Source: Bacteroidales bacterium
Lineage (GTDB): Bacteria > Bacteroidota > Bacteroidia > Bacteroidales > B18-G4
DNA length: 64,000 nt
Assembly (NCBI GenBank): GCA_040775045.1
Contig: JAXGTH010000002.1
Coordinates: 2,445-66,444, forward strand
Direction: 5' to 3'
Shown: positions 36,982-46,976 of the stretch, one piece after another
Position numbering within the stretch: position 1 is the first letter of the stretch
How the letters are laid out: every line of letters starts with the position of its first letter
Program-made: the position numbers and the translations under genes
Notes under the pieces: model-generated
Told to the model about the DNA's origin: nothing
The model's input: the letters and a program-made list of their open reading frames with translations, nothing else
Databases searched by the model: none

Positions 36982-38058
36982 CTACTCCTCAGCTACTTCC
37001 GTATTCACCCAGACATGGCTGAACCAGCACCAGCCTTTGCCATTTTTAGAAGGGGCTGTTATGGTATACAACGATCGCCTGCCGGGAAGGAGGTCCCTTG
37101 ACATGACCCTTATCCTGACCTGTTCAGGGCCTTCCTGCATCTCCGTTACGCAGTTGCGCTCCCCGTTCACAAAACATTGAATATGTTCTGTGTTTACACA
37201 ATCACTCCTGAAAATGATCTCCATCACGGGTGGGTTTTCCGTCATGACGATCCCTTCCGGCCGCTTGCTGATCACCTGTATCGGAAGCATCTGCGATTTC
37301 TGGATAAAGCCTTTTAGTGTGGCAAAAGGACCTCCCATCGGGTAGCGGGGAAGCTCGAAAAGGTTGGTGCCATGATAAATTACACCAGAATACTGTGCTG
37401 CTGCCGAAATGAACCCGGCCTCCCTGAGCCCCTGCGCCATAACTTCGTCATATTCTCCATACGGGTATGAATAAAGGTCGGGCGAAAATCCAAGGCTGTC
37501 GAAGAAGACAAGTTGCGAAGTGATGAGGTCGGACCAGAACCTTTCCTTGCGCTCATTACTGTCGGTAATATCGAGGAAATGCCCGTGCCCGTGCGAATGG
37601 TTCCCGATCTCAATGCCCTGCTCACTGATTTTCCGGATCTGTTCCCAGTCCAGGTAATCCGGGTTGCCCACATTGGCCGTGTTGATATATACCGTGGCCG
37701 GATAACCGAATTCCCTGAGCAGGGGAAGCCCGTTCTCATAAAAAGAGAGATAGCCGTCGTCTATTGTGAGCACCACGGTACGCGTGGGGATCTCTATGCC
37801 GGCGGTGAGGGCCTCAACGGCCTCTCCCATGGTCCATACCGTAAAATTGTTTTGCTTCAGGTATGCAAGCTGGGCACGGAAATCACTGACCGGGATATTC
37901 GTGGATGGATAGCGGTCGTCATCGAAACGATGATAAACGAAACACACGAAATGGCCTTTGCCATCGGTTGCAATAACCTCCATCGAAGGCAAAACTGAAC
38001 AAATTACCAGCAGCAATGCCGCCAGCAATCCGGCCGGGTTATGCAAGCCTGTAAACAT
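36982..38058 (-). CDS. Polysaccharide deacetylase family protein (NodB fold)
   Basis: 'LTIDDGYLSFY' and 'IGNHSHGHGHF' metal/catalytic motifs, with an N-terminal signal sequence. Confidence 0.8.
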   Translation of the reverse strand: MFTGLHNPAGLLAALLLVICSVLPSMEVIATDGKGHFVCFVYHRFDDDRYPSTNIPVSDFRAQLAYLKQNNFTVWTMGEAVEALTAGIEIPTRTVVLTIDDGYLSFYENGLPLLREFGYPATVYINTANVGNPDYLDWEQIRKISEQGIEIGNHSHGHGHFLDITDSNERKERFWSDLITSQLVFFDSLGFSPDLYSYPYGEYDEVMAQGLREAGFISAAAQYSGVIYHGTNLFELPRYPMGGPFATLKGFIQKSQMLPIQVISKRPEGIVMTENPPVMEIIFRSDCVNTEHIQCFVNGERNCVTEMQEGPEQVRIRVMSRDLLPGRRSLYTITAPSKNGKGWCWFSHVWVNTEVAEE

Positions 38059-38253
38059 ATCGTTATCCGGGTTATGAAAACCTTTTTCAGGGGCTTTCCA
38101 ACCAAAGATAGAAATTAATAGGGGCCAATCAAAACAGATTTAGTATTTTTACAGATGACAGAAGAAGTTTCTGTCTGTGGATGACTTTCGCGGAAATCTT
38201 CACAAGTAACCGTTATCTGGTATCCATTATCCAGTATCTAATAACCATTATCC

Positions 38254-38769
38254 ATGCCAAAGAAAGAAATATCGATTTTGAAAAACCAGATCGAAAGACT
38301 TGACGTCAAGGATTTCGACCTGGAGGCCTGGAAAAAATACACCATCGTGATGCTGGCCCGCATCTTCGGTGATACTTCTGAAAAGATCAGGCAGATCGAG
38401 AGTATCGAATACGATTATTCGTCATGGTCGCTCCGCGATACCAGCGGGTCTTCGTCCTACCTCGAAAGTTGTAAAAAACTGGGCAGAAAGATCCTCGAGG
38501 CCTCCATCGAGGAGCTCGAAGCTTTCGGCCTTCCCGAAAGGGCTGAGGGCAGTGACCGCTTTTTCCATATCATCATCGATGCATTGCAGGATGAGCTCAA
38601 GGGATCGCAATACAGGCAACTGAAGGATGTGATCCTGAAAACCAAAAAGGAGGATGAGCTCAGGGATATGGTCAGGGAGATCCTGAACGACTACGACACG
38701 GGGGTGCCCGTGGATATTCTCACGGCGATCCTCACCAATAAGATCTTCAAGAGCGAACTTTCAAAATGA
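38254..38769 (+). CDS. Hypothetical protein
   Basis: 171-aa ORF, predicted helical and acidic, with ATGA overlap to the next gene (translational coupling). No family recognised. Confidence 0.55.
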   Translation: MPKKEISILKNQIERLDVKDFDLEAWKKYTIVMLARIFGDTSEKIRQIESIEYDYSSWSLRDTSGSSSYLESCKKLGRKILEASIEELEAFGLPERAEGSDRFFHIIIDALQDELKGSQYRQLKDVILKTKKEDELRDMVREILNDYDTGVPVDILTAILTNKIFKSELSK

Positions 38770-39503
38770 GTATGAAACCAGGAGATATGACAAAAGCAGA
38801 CAAGGTTAGGCTTATCCTTGATTTTTTTCACCGCACCATGATGCACCATGCCATATGGTTTGCGGAAGTGCAACACCAGATGGGCAGGGAAAAAGCCTTC
38901 AGGGCCCTGGATGCCGCCTGGCAGAAAAGCTATGCCATACAGATGAAGCGCCTGGGAAAGATCCTGGGATTTGAAAATGATGAGGGGATACCCCAACCCC
39001 TGCTGGACCTGCCTGAAGAAAAGCTCGATGAGCTCATGGAAGGTTCGGCCATCAACTGGCTGGCCAACGACGGGGTGTGGTTCCAGGCCGTGGAGTTCGA
39101 GTATGGCATGAACGAAGCCAAGCGATGCAACGACAGTGCATGGGCCCATTTTTCGCCTTTCGAGGCCTGGTCGATCAAAAGGATACTGGGTCTCCCGGAA
39201 AAGCCGGGACTTGAAGGATTGAAAAAGGCCCTGCAGTTCAGGCTGTATGCCCATATCAACAAGCAGTCGTTCGCGGAGGAAACGGAAAACAGTTTTGTAT
39301 TCCGCATGAACGAATGCCGCGTACAGGTGGCCCGCAAGCGCAAAGGGCTGGATGACTACCCCTGCAAGTCCGGAGGTCTTGTTGAATATACTACTTTCGC
39401 CGAAGCCATCGACCCGCGGATCAAAACCGAATGCATCGCCTGCCCGCCCGACCCCCACCCGGAAGAATACTATTGTGCATGGCGGTTTACCCTGAAGCCA
39501 TAG
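38766..39503 (+). CDS. DUF6125 / ATC-hydrolase-like Cys-rich protein
   Basis: The C-terminal pattern 'NECRVQVARKRKGLDDYPCKSGG...ECIACPP...YYCAWRF' resembles the L-2-amino-thiazoline-4-carboxylate hydrolase-like superfamily. Assignment is by eye. Confidence 0.55.
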   Translation: MSMKPGDMTKADKVRLILDFFHRTMMHHAIWFAEVQHQMGREKAFRALDAAWQKSYAIQMKRLGKILGFENDEGIPQPLLDLPEEKLDELMEGSAINWLANDGVWFQAVEFEYGMNEAKRCNDSAWAHFSPFEAWSIKRILGLPEKPGLEGLKKALQFRLYAHINKQSFAEETENSFVFRMNECRVQVARKRKGLDDYPCKSGGLVEYTTFAEAIDPRIKTECIACPPDPHPEEYYCAWRFTLKP

Positions 39504-39837
39504 GTGTCAGGTTCGCAGTATCTGTTATTAATATGACTGTGAGACTTTGAGACGATGAGACAGTGGGACGATGGGAAGACCGGGGACTGAGCAACGAGCA
39601 CCGGGAAACAGGCAACAGGAACGGAATTTAAATCTACTATGGTGTCTGCAATCTGCGATCACCAAATCTGATATCCGATCAAATATCGACCTGTCATCCA
39701 ATCTCCTGTCACCCAATCACTCATGTCTCAGTACTCAATACTCATGTCAGAAATCCGGGAACGCCTTAAGCCCTTGACCGTTTTCCCATAGCCTACGGCT
39801 ACCCTGGACTATTTTATCCCCGAGGCTTCCGTTCAGG

Positions 39838-39897
39838 CCATTTAACCATTTAGCCATTTAACCATGAAACACTGAAACACTGAAACACTGAAACATG
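39838..39897. repeat. Two abutting 8-bp tandem arrays: (CCATTTAR)x3 then (GAAACACT)x3.5
   Basis: ccatttaa/ccatttag/ccatttaa at 39838-39861. gaaacact x3 plus gaaacatg at 39866-39897. Confidence 0.9.
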
Positions 39898-39918
39898 TTG
39901 TAATTCGCGTTTTTTTCG

Positions 39919-39926
39919 TACTTTTG
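39919..39926 (+). promoter_or_regulatory. -7 promoter box (TAcTTTTG) of ileS
   Basis: Exact TAnnTTTG match 34 nt upstream of the ileS ATG. Confidence 0.45.
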
Positions 39927-39959
39927 CCCCTCGTTAAAAAACAGACGATCAATATATAG

Positions 39960-42900
39960 ATGTCTAAGAAGTACAGGGAATACAAGCAGCTAAACCTTAC
40001 CGAAACGGCCAAAGAGGTAGGTAAGTACTGGAAAGAACACCAGGTGTTCAGGAAAAGCCTGGCGCTGAGGAAGGACCACGAAGCCTTCGTCTTCTATGAG
40101 GGGCCGCCGTCAGCCAACGGAAAACCCGGCATCCACCATGTGATGGCACGGGCCATAAAGGATATTTTTTGCCGTTACAAGACCCAGAAAGGGTACCTGG
40201 TCGACCGTAAGGCCGGATGGGATACCCATGGCCTGCCCGTGGAGATCAGCGTGGAAAAGACCCTGGGAATTACCAAGGAGGATATCGGCAAAAGCATCAG
40301 CGTAGAAGATTTCAACAACTCATGCCGCACCGAGGTGATGAAGTACAAGGACCTCTGGGATGAGCTGACCGAAGAGATGGGCTACTGGGTCGACCTCGAC
40401 CATCCTTATATCACCTTCGACAACAAGTATATCGAAACTGTCTGGTGGCTTCTGAAGAAGCTCTACGAGAAGGACCTGCTGTATAAAGGTTTTACCATCC
40501 AGCCATATTCTCCTGCCGCCGGCACGGGCCTGAGCTCTCATGAGCTCAACCTCCCGGGCTGCTATCGCGACGTGAAGGATATGACGGTTGTGGCACAATT
40601 CAGGGTGGTAAAGGATGATAAATCAGCTTTCCTGTTTAAAGCGTCTCATGGTGATGTATTTTTCCTGGCATGGACCACTACGGCCTGGACGCTTCCCTCC
40701 AATACGGCACTTGCCGTTGGAAAAAAGATCCGGTACAACCTCGTGCAGACCTATAATGCCTACACCGGCCTTCCCGTCACGGTGGTGGTGGCCAAGGACC
40801 TTTTCGGTAATTTCTTCCCCGAGAAGAACGCCGGTCTGGGCCTGGATGAATATGAGCCCGGACAGAAGGCGATCCCATTTAAGGTCATCGGCGAATTCGG
40901 AGGTGCCGAACTTGAAGGGATCCGGTATGAACAATTGCTGCCCTATGCCCAGCCCGACGACGGTGATGCCTTCAGGGTAGTCACCGGCGATTTCGTGACC
41001 ACGGAAGATGGTACAGGCATCGTGCATATCGCACCCAGCTTTGGTGCCGACGACTTCAGGGTGGGCCGGGAGAACGGTATCGGATCCCTCACCATGGTCG
41101 ATAAGCAGGGCCGGTTTGTGGAGGCCATGGGGGAATTTGCCGGTCGCTATGTGAAGAATGAGTACATGCCGGACTATGATCCTGAAAAGCCCGTCGACCC
41201 GGTGGATCTCGATATCATCGTCAAACTGAAAAAGGAAAACAAGGCCTTCAGGACCGAAAAGTACGAACACTCCTATCCCCATTGCTGGCGTACCGACAAG
41301 CCGATCCTCTATTACCCGCTCGACAGCTGGTTCATCAGGACCACTGCATACAAGGAGCGCATGATGGAACTCAACAATACCATCAACTGGAAGCCCCAGG
41401 CCACCGGTACCGGGCGCTTCGGCAACTGGCTGGAGAACCTCGTCGACTGGAACCTGTCGCGCTCAAGGTTCTGGGGAACACCCCTTCCGATCTGGGTGAC
41501 GGAAGACCGTACGGAAGAGTTGTGCATCGGCTCCGCCGACCAGCTCTTCGATGAAATTGAAAGGTCGAGGAAAGCCGGATTCATGGACGAGAACCCCATG
41601 AAGGGTTATCAGAAGGGTAACATGTCGGACGAGAACTATCATACCTTCGACCTGCACCGGCCCTTCGTCGACAGGATCGTGCTTGTTTCCCCTTCGGGGA
41701 AGAAGATGTATCGCGAACCCGATCTTATCGATGTATGGTTCGACTCTGGTGCCATGCCCTATGCCCAGTTCCATTACCCCTTCGAGAACAGTGAACTTGA
41801 AGAATATTTCCCTGCCGACTTCATCGCCGAGGGCGTCGACCAGACCAGGGGGTGGTTCTTCACCTTGCATGCCATCGCCGTGATGCTGTTCGACAATGTA
41901 TCGTTCAAAACCTGCGTGTCCAACGGACTGGTGCTCGACAAGGAGGGCAACAAGATGTCGAAACGTCTCGGCAATGCCGTCGATCCTTTCGAGACCATCC
42001 ACCAGTACGGGCCCGACACCACGCGCTGGTACATGATCACCAACGCACAACCCTGGGATAACCTGAAGTTCGACAGCGACAACATTCGTGAGGTGCAGCG
42101 TAAATTCTTCGGTACGCTCTATAACACCTATGCATTCTTTGCCCTTTATGCGAATATCGACGGTTTCACCTATGCCGAGGACGAGGTCGACTTCAGCACA
42201 AGGCCTGAGATCGACCGCTGGATCCTCAGCGAGTTGGATACCCTCATCAGGCTCGTGGATGAGTCGTATGCACAGTATGAACCCACCCGTGCCGGGAGGG
42301 CCATCGTGGAGTTCGTCAACGACCACCTCAGCAACTGGTACGTGAGGCTCAGCAGGAGACGTTTCTGGAAGGGAGAGTACAGTACCGACAAGATCTCGGC
42401 CTACCAAACCCTTTACCAGTGCCTCGATGTGGTGGCGAAACTGTCGGCCCCGATCGCGCCCTTCTACATGGAGCAGCTGTTCATCGACCTTAATGCGGTT
42501 ACCGGAAGGGAAAAGGTGGATTCGGTGCACCTCACCGATTTCCCCGTGGCGGATGACAGGCAGATCGACAAGGACCTTGAGGAAAGGATGCAGATGGCGC
42601 AGAAGTTCTCGTCGATGGTGCTTTCGCTCCGCAAGAAATCAAATATCAGGGTGCGCCAGCCCCTCAACAGGATCATGATCCCCGTTACGGGTAAGAAATT
42701 CGAAAAACAGCTCCGTGCCGTTGAAGACCTCATCCTTTCGGAGGTGAACGTCAAGGAGGTGGAATACCTGGCCGACACCACCGGCGTGCTGGTCAAGAGC
42801 ATCAAACCGAATTTCAAGACCCTGGGCCCGCGGTATGGCAAAATGATGAAACAAATCGCCGCTGCGGTGAATGCCTTCACCCAGGACGACATTGCCAGGA

Positions 42901-43322
42901 TCGAGCAGGACGAAAAGTACATGCTGGAAATTGAGGGACAACCCGTGGAATTGTTGCTGTCGGACGTGGAGATCGTTACCCAGGACATCCCGGGATGGCT
43001 TATTGCCGGCATGGGAAACCTGAGTGTTGCCCTCGATGTGACGCTCACCCCCGAGCTGATCAGTGAAGGCATTGCCCGCGACCTGGTCAACAGGATACAA
43101 AACCTCAGGAAAGACAAGGGTTTTGAGGTGACCGACAAGATCGTCCTCGAAATCGAAAAAAACAGTGAAATCAGTGACGCGATCGATCATAATTATGATT
43201 ATATTTGTTCAGAGACGCTGGCCGAAAAGCTTGACCTGACAGACACATTGCCGGAAGGGGAAAAGATCCGGGTGGAGCTGGCAGACGGGCTTGAAGCATT
43301 CCTGACCATCAGGAAAGTTTGA
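39960..43322 (+). CDS. ileS: Isoleucine--tRNA ligase
   Basis: 1120 aa with HIGH-type 'PSANGKPGIHH', 'KMSKRLGN' (KMSKS), and the CP1 editing and C-terminal domains of the long Bacteroidota form. Confidence 0.97.
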   Translation: MSKKYREYKQLNLTETAKEVGKYWKEHQVFRKSLALRKDHEAFVFYEGPPSANGKPGIHHVMARAIKDIFCRYKTQKGYLVDRKAGWDTHGLPVEISVEKTLGITKEDIGKSISVEDFNNSCRTEVMKYKDLWDELTEEMGYWVDLDHPYITFDNKYIETVWWLLKKLYEKDLLYKGFTIQPYSPAAGTGLSSHELNLPGCYRDVKDMTVVAQFRVVKDDKSAFLFKASHGDVFFLAWTTTAWTLPSNTALAVGKKIRYNLVQTYNAYTGLPVTVVVAKDLFGNFFPEKNAGLGLDEYEPGQKAIPFKVIGEFGGAELEGIRYEQLLPYAQPDDGDAFRVVTGDFVTTEDGTGIVHIAPSFGADDFRVGRENGIGSLTMVDKQGRFVEAMGEFAGRYVKNEYMPDYDPEKPVDPVDLDIIVKLKKENKAFRTEKYEHSYPHCWRTDKPILYYPLDSWFIRTTAYKERMMELNNTINWKPQATGTGRFGNWLENLVDWNLSRSRFWGTPLPIWVTEDRTEELCIGSADQLFDEIERSRKAGFMDENPMKGYQKGNMSDENYHTFDLHRPFVDRIVLVSPSGKKMYREPDLIDVWFDSGAMPYAQFHYPFENSELEEYFPADFIAEGVDQTRGWFFTLHAIAVMLFDNVSFKTCVSNGLVLDKEGNKMSKRLGNAVDPFETIHQYGPDTTRWYMITNAQPWDNLKFDSDNIREVQRKFFGTLYNTYAFFALYANIDGFTYAEDEVDFSTRPEIDRWILSELDTLIRLVDESYAQYEPTRAGRAIVEFVNDHLSNWYVRLSRRRFWKGEYSTDKISAYQTLYQCLDVVAKLSAPIAPFYMEQLFIDLNAVTGREKVDSVHLTDFPVADDRQIDKDLEERMQMAQKFSSMVLSLRKKSNIRVRQPLNRIMIPVTGKKFEKQLRAVEDLILSEVNVKEVEYLADTTGVLVKSIKPNFKTLGPRYGKMMKQIAAAVNAFTQDDIARIEQDEKYMLEIEGQPVELLLSDVEIVTQDIPGWLIAGMGNLSVALDVTLTPELISEGIARDLVNRIQNLRKDKGFEVTDKIVLEIEKNSEISDAIDHNYDYICSETLAEKLDLTDTLPEGEKIRVELADGLEAFLTIRKV

Positions 43323-43347
43323 TTGTGTTATTTAAATACCAGGAGTT

Positions 43348-43755
43348 ATGGCAAAGAAGGAAAACAACGAAGAGGTAAAGACCCGGTATTCTGACGAGGA
43401 ACTCGCGGAATTCAAAGCAATCATTGAGAAAAAGCTGGAAAAAGCACGCAATGACCTGAAATTGCTTACCGAAGCATATACCAATGCCAATGAGCACGGG
43501 ACCAACGACACTTCACCTACCTTCAAGGTGCTCGAAGAGGGTTACCAGGTGCTCTCCAAGGAGGAGAACAGCAGGCTGGCCGCCAGGCAGAGCAAGTTCA
43601 TCCAGAACCTCGAAAATGCCCTTGTCCGCATCGAGAACAAGACCTATGGCATTTGCAGGGTCACCGGCAAGCTCATTTCCAAGGAACGCCTCAGAAGCGT
43701 TCCGCATGCCACGCTGAGCATCGAGGCAAAGAATAACCAGTATAACAACAATTAG
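43348..43755 (+). CDS. DksA/TraR family protein with degenerate zinc finger
   Basis: Coiled-coil N-terminus and 'YGICRVTGKLISKERLRSVPHATLSIEAK' at the position of the C4 finger. Conserved ileS-dksA-lspA context. Confidence 0.75.
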   Translation: MAKKENNEEVKTRYSDEELAEFKAIIEKKLEKARNDLKLLTEAYTNANEHGTNDTSPTFKVLEEGYQVLSKEENSRLAARQSKFIQNLENALVRIENKTYGICRVTGKLISKERLRSVPHATLSIEAKNNQYNNN

Positions 43756-43824
43756 CCGGCCGTCTGATGATCAGTCCATCATCTTTGAAGGTTCCGGGAG
43801 CTGTTCAGTAAACACGGGGGTGCA

Positions 43825-44436
43825 GTGAAAAGGTCATACCTGATCATCATAACCATCCTCGGTGTCCTGATCGCCGACCAGGTGCTCAAGTTCTGGATCA
43901 AGACCCACATGCTTCTTGGCGAGGAATTCCCTGTGATTGGCAACTGGTTCTGGATCCATTTCACGGAAAACGAGGGGATGGCCTTCGGGATGACCATCGG
44001 CGGGGGCTACGGCAAGCTCATTTTGAGCATCTTCAGGATTATCGCCGTGATCCTGATCGGCTGGTACCTGTGTTATCTGGCCAGGACCGGTGCGCACCGC
44101 GGACTGGTGTTCAGCGTTTCGCTGGTCTTTATCGGAGCCATCGGCAACATCATCGACAGCGCCTTCTACGGCCTGATCTTCAGCCAGAGTACTTTCCACA
44201 GCGTGGCCGAATTCCTTCCCGAAGGAGGGGGCTACGGGGGCTTCCTGCATGGCAAGGTGGTCGATATGTTCTATTTCCCGATCATAGAGGGCACATACCC
44301 GTCATGGGTACCCTGGGTGGGCGGCGATCCTTTCATTTTCTTCCGCCCCGTATTCAACATTGCCGATTCGGCCATCACCACTGGCGTGATCATCCTGATC
44401 GTCTTCCAGCGCAGGTTTTTCAGGAAAAGAGGCTGA
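43825..44436 (+). CDS. lspA: Lipoprotein signal peptidase II
   Basis: Four TMs with 'GAIGNIIDS' and 'FNIADSAITTG' catalytic Asp blocks. GTG start. Confidence 0.9.
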   Translation: MKRSYLIIITILGVLIADQVLKFWIKTHMLLGEEFPVIGNWFWIHFTENEGMAFGMTIGGGYGKLILSIFRIIAVILIGWYLCYLARTGAHRGLVFSVSLVFIGAIGNIIDSAFYGLIFSQSTFHSVAEFLPEGGGYGGFLHGKVVDMFYFPIIEGTYPSWVPWVGGDPFIFFRPVFNIADSAITTGVIILIVFQRRFFRKRG

Positions 44437-44477
44437 AAATGGTGTACCCACGGGTTCTGCAACCGGCTTTCCCATGA

Positions 44478-46118
<1,641 letters not shown>

Positions 46119-46137
46119 TCCGTAAAACCCCGCTGAC

Positions 46138-46374
46138 ATGAACCTTGAGATCATAACCCCCGACAAGTCCGTATTCACAGGAGAAGTTTCCCTGGTACAG
46201 CTCCCGGGGATCGACGGCTCGTTCGAGATCCTGAACAACCATGCCCCGCTGATCTCCGTGCTGAAGAAGGGAAAGGTGAAGATCGTCGATGAAAAGGGCC
46301 AGCAGCAATTCTTCGAGGTGAACGGCGGGGTGGTGGAAGTACTGAAGAACAAGGTGCTGATCCTGGCAGAGTGA
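46138..46374 (+). CDS. atpC: F1 ATP synthase epsilon subunit (short, beta-sandwich only)
   Basis: 78 aa, 'LEIITPDKSVFTGEVSLVQLPGIDGSFEILNNHAPLIS'. It lacks the C-terminal helical hairpin, as is usual in Bacteroidota. Confidence 0.85.
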   Translation: MNLEIITPDKSVFTGEVSLVQLPGIDGSFEILNNHAPLISVLKKGKVKIVDEKGQQQFFEVNGGVVEVLKNKVLILAE

Positions 46375-46404
46375 TGCCTCCGGCGGGTCAGGCCCCTGCT
46401 GCAC

Positions 46405-46926
46405 TTATTGATTTTCCCTGAAACTGTTATGGTGTATCCGTTCCGTCCTGTACCTGGAGGGTGCTTCCTTTTCTTCGGCAGGATATCCAATGGAGATGAG
46501 CGATACCGGGAGAATATGCCCGGGGATGCCCAGCAGCCCGCTGACCGCTTGCATACGTTCTTCGCGCGGATACATCCCGAGCCAGACCGAGCCGAGGCCC
46601 AGCGCATGTGCGGCAAGCATGATGTTCTGGGTGGCTGCCGAACAATCCTGGATAATATATCCATCAGCTTCCTGCAGCCTTTTGTCGCCACAGACCAGGA
46701 TGGCCAGGGGGGCTTCCCTCAGCATTTTGGCATAAGGGTGGGCTACGGAGAGTTTGTCGAGCATTTCCCTCTCATCCACAACGATGAAATGCCAGGGCTG
46801 TATATTCCTGGCCGTGGGTGCGTACATGCCCGATTCAAGCAATTGCCTGATAATTTCCGGGTTTACGGTCTTACCGGTATATTTCCGGATGCTTCTCCTG
46901 GTCTGGATGGCTTTGATGGCGTCCAT
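46405..46926 (-). CDS. Nitroreductase family protein
   Basis: 'IQTRRSIRKYTGK' FMN-binding N-terminus and 'QPWHFIVV'. Confidence 0.8.
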   Translation of the reverse strand: MDAIKAIQTRRSIRKYTGKTVNPEIIRQLLESGMYAPTARNIQPWHFIVVDEREMLDKLSVAHPYAKMLREAPLAILVCGDKRLQEADGYIIQDCSAATQNIMLAAHALGLGSVWLGMYPREERMQAVSGLLGIPGHILPVSLISIGYPAEEKEAPSRYRTERIHHNSFRENQ

Positions 46927-46976
46927 ATCTTGAATAAGTATAATTTGTAAAATATTTACCGGGGATCCGGATCCGC

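Noticed and set aside
39528-39777. Two ORFs of 62-68 aa in the ileS upstream spacer
   Set aside because: They are translations of short tandem repeats, giving a low-complexity product. They lie on both strands over the same DNA.
36866-39897. Whether the 35-bp and 8-bp tandem repeats could be CRISPR arrays
   Set aside because: The repeat units abut each other with no unique spacers. The units are far too short or too few, and there are no cas genes in the window.
41463-42530. 355-aa ORF antisense to ileS
   Set aside because: It is embedded in the unambiguous ileS coding frame, and its low-complexity product has no motif.
46958-46976. Tandem GGATCCGGATCC palindromes between the nitroreductase and TPR genes
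   Set aside because: This is a 12-bp duplication of a 6-bp palindrome in a 50-bp spacer. It is too short to assign any function.
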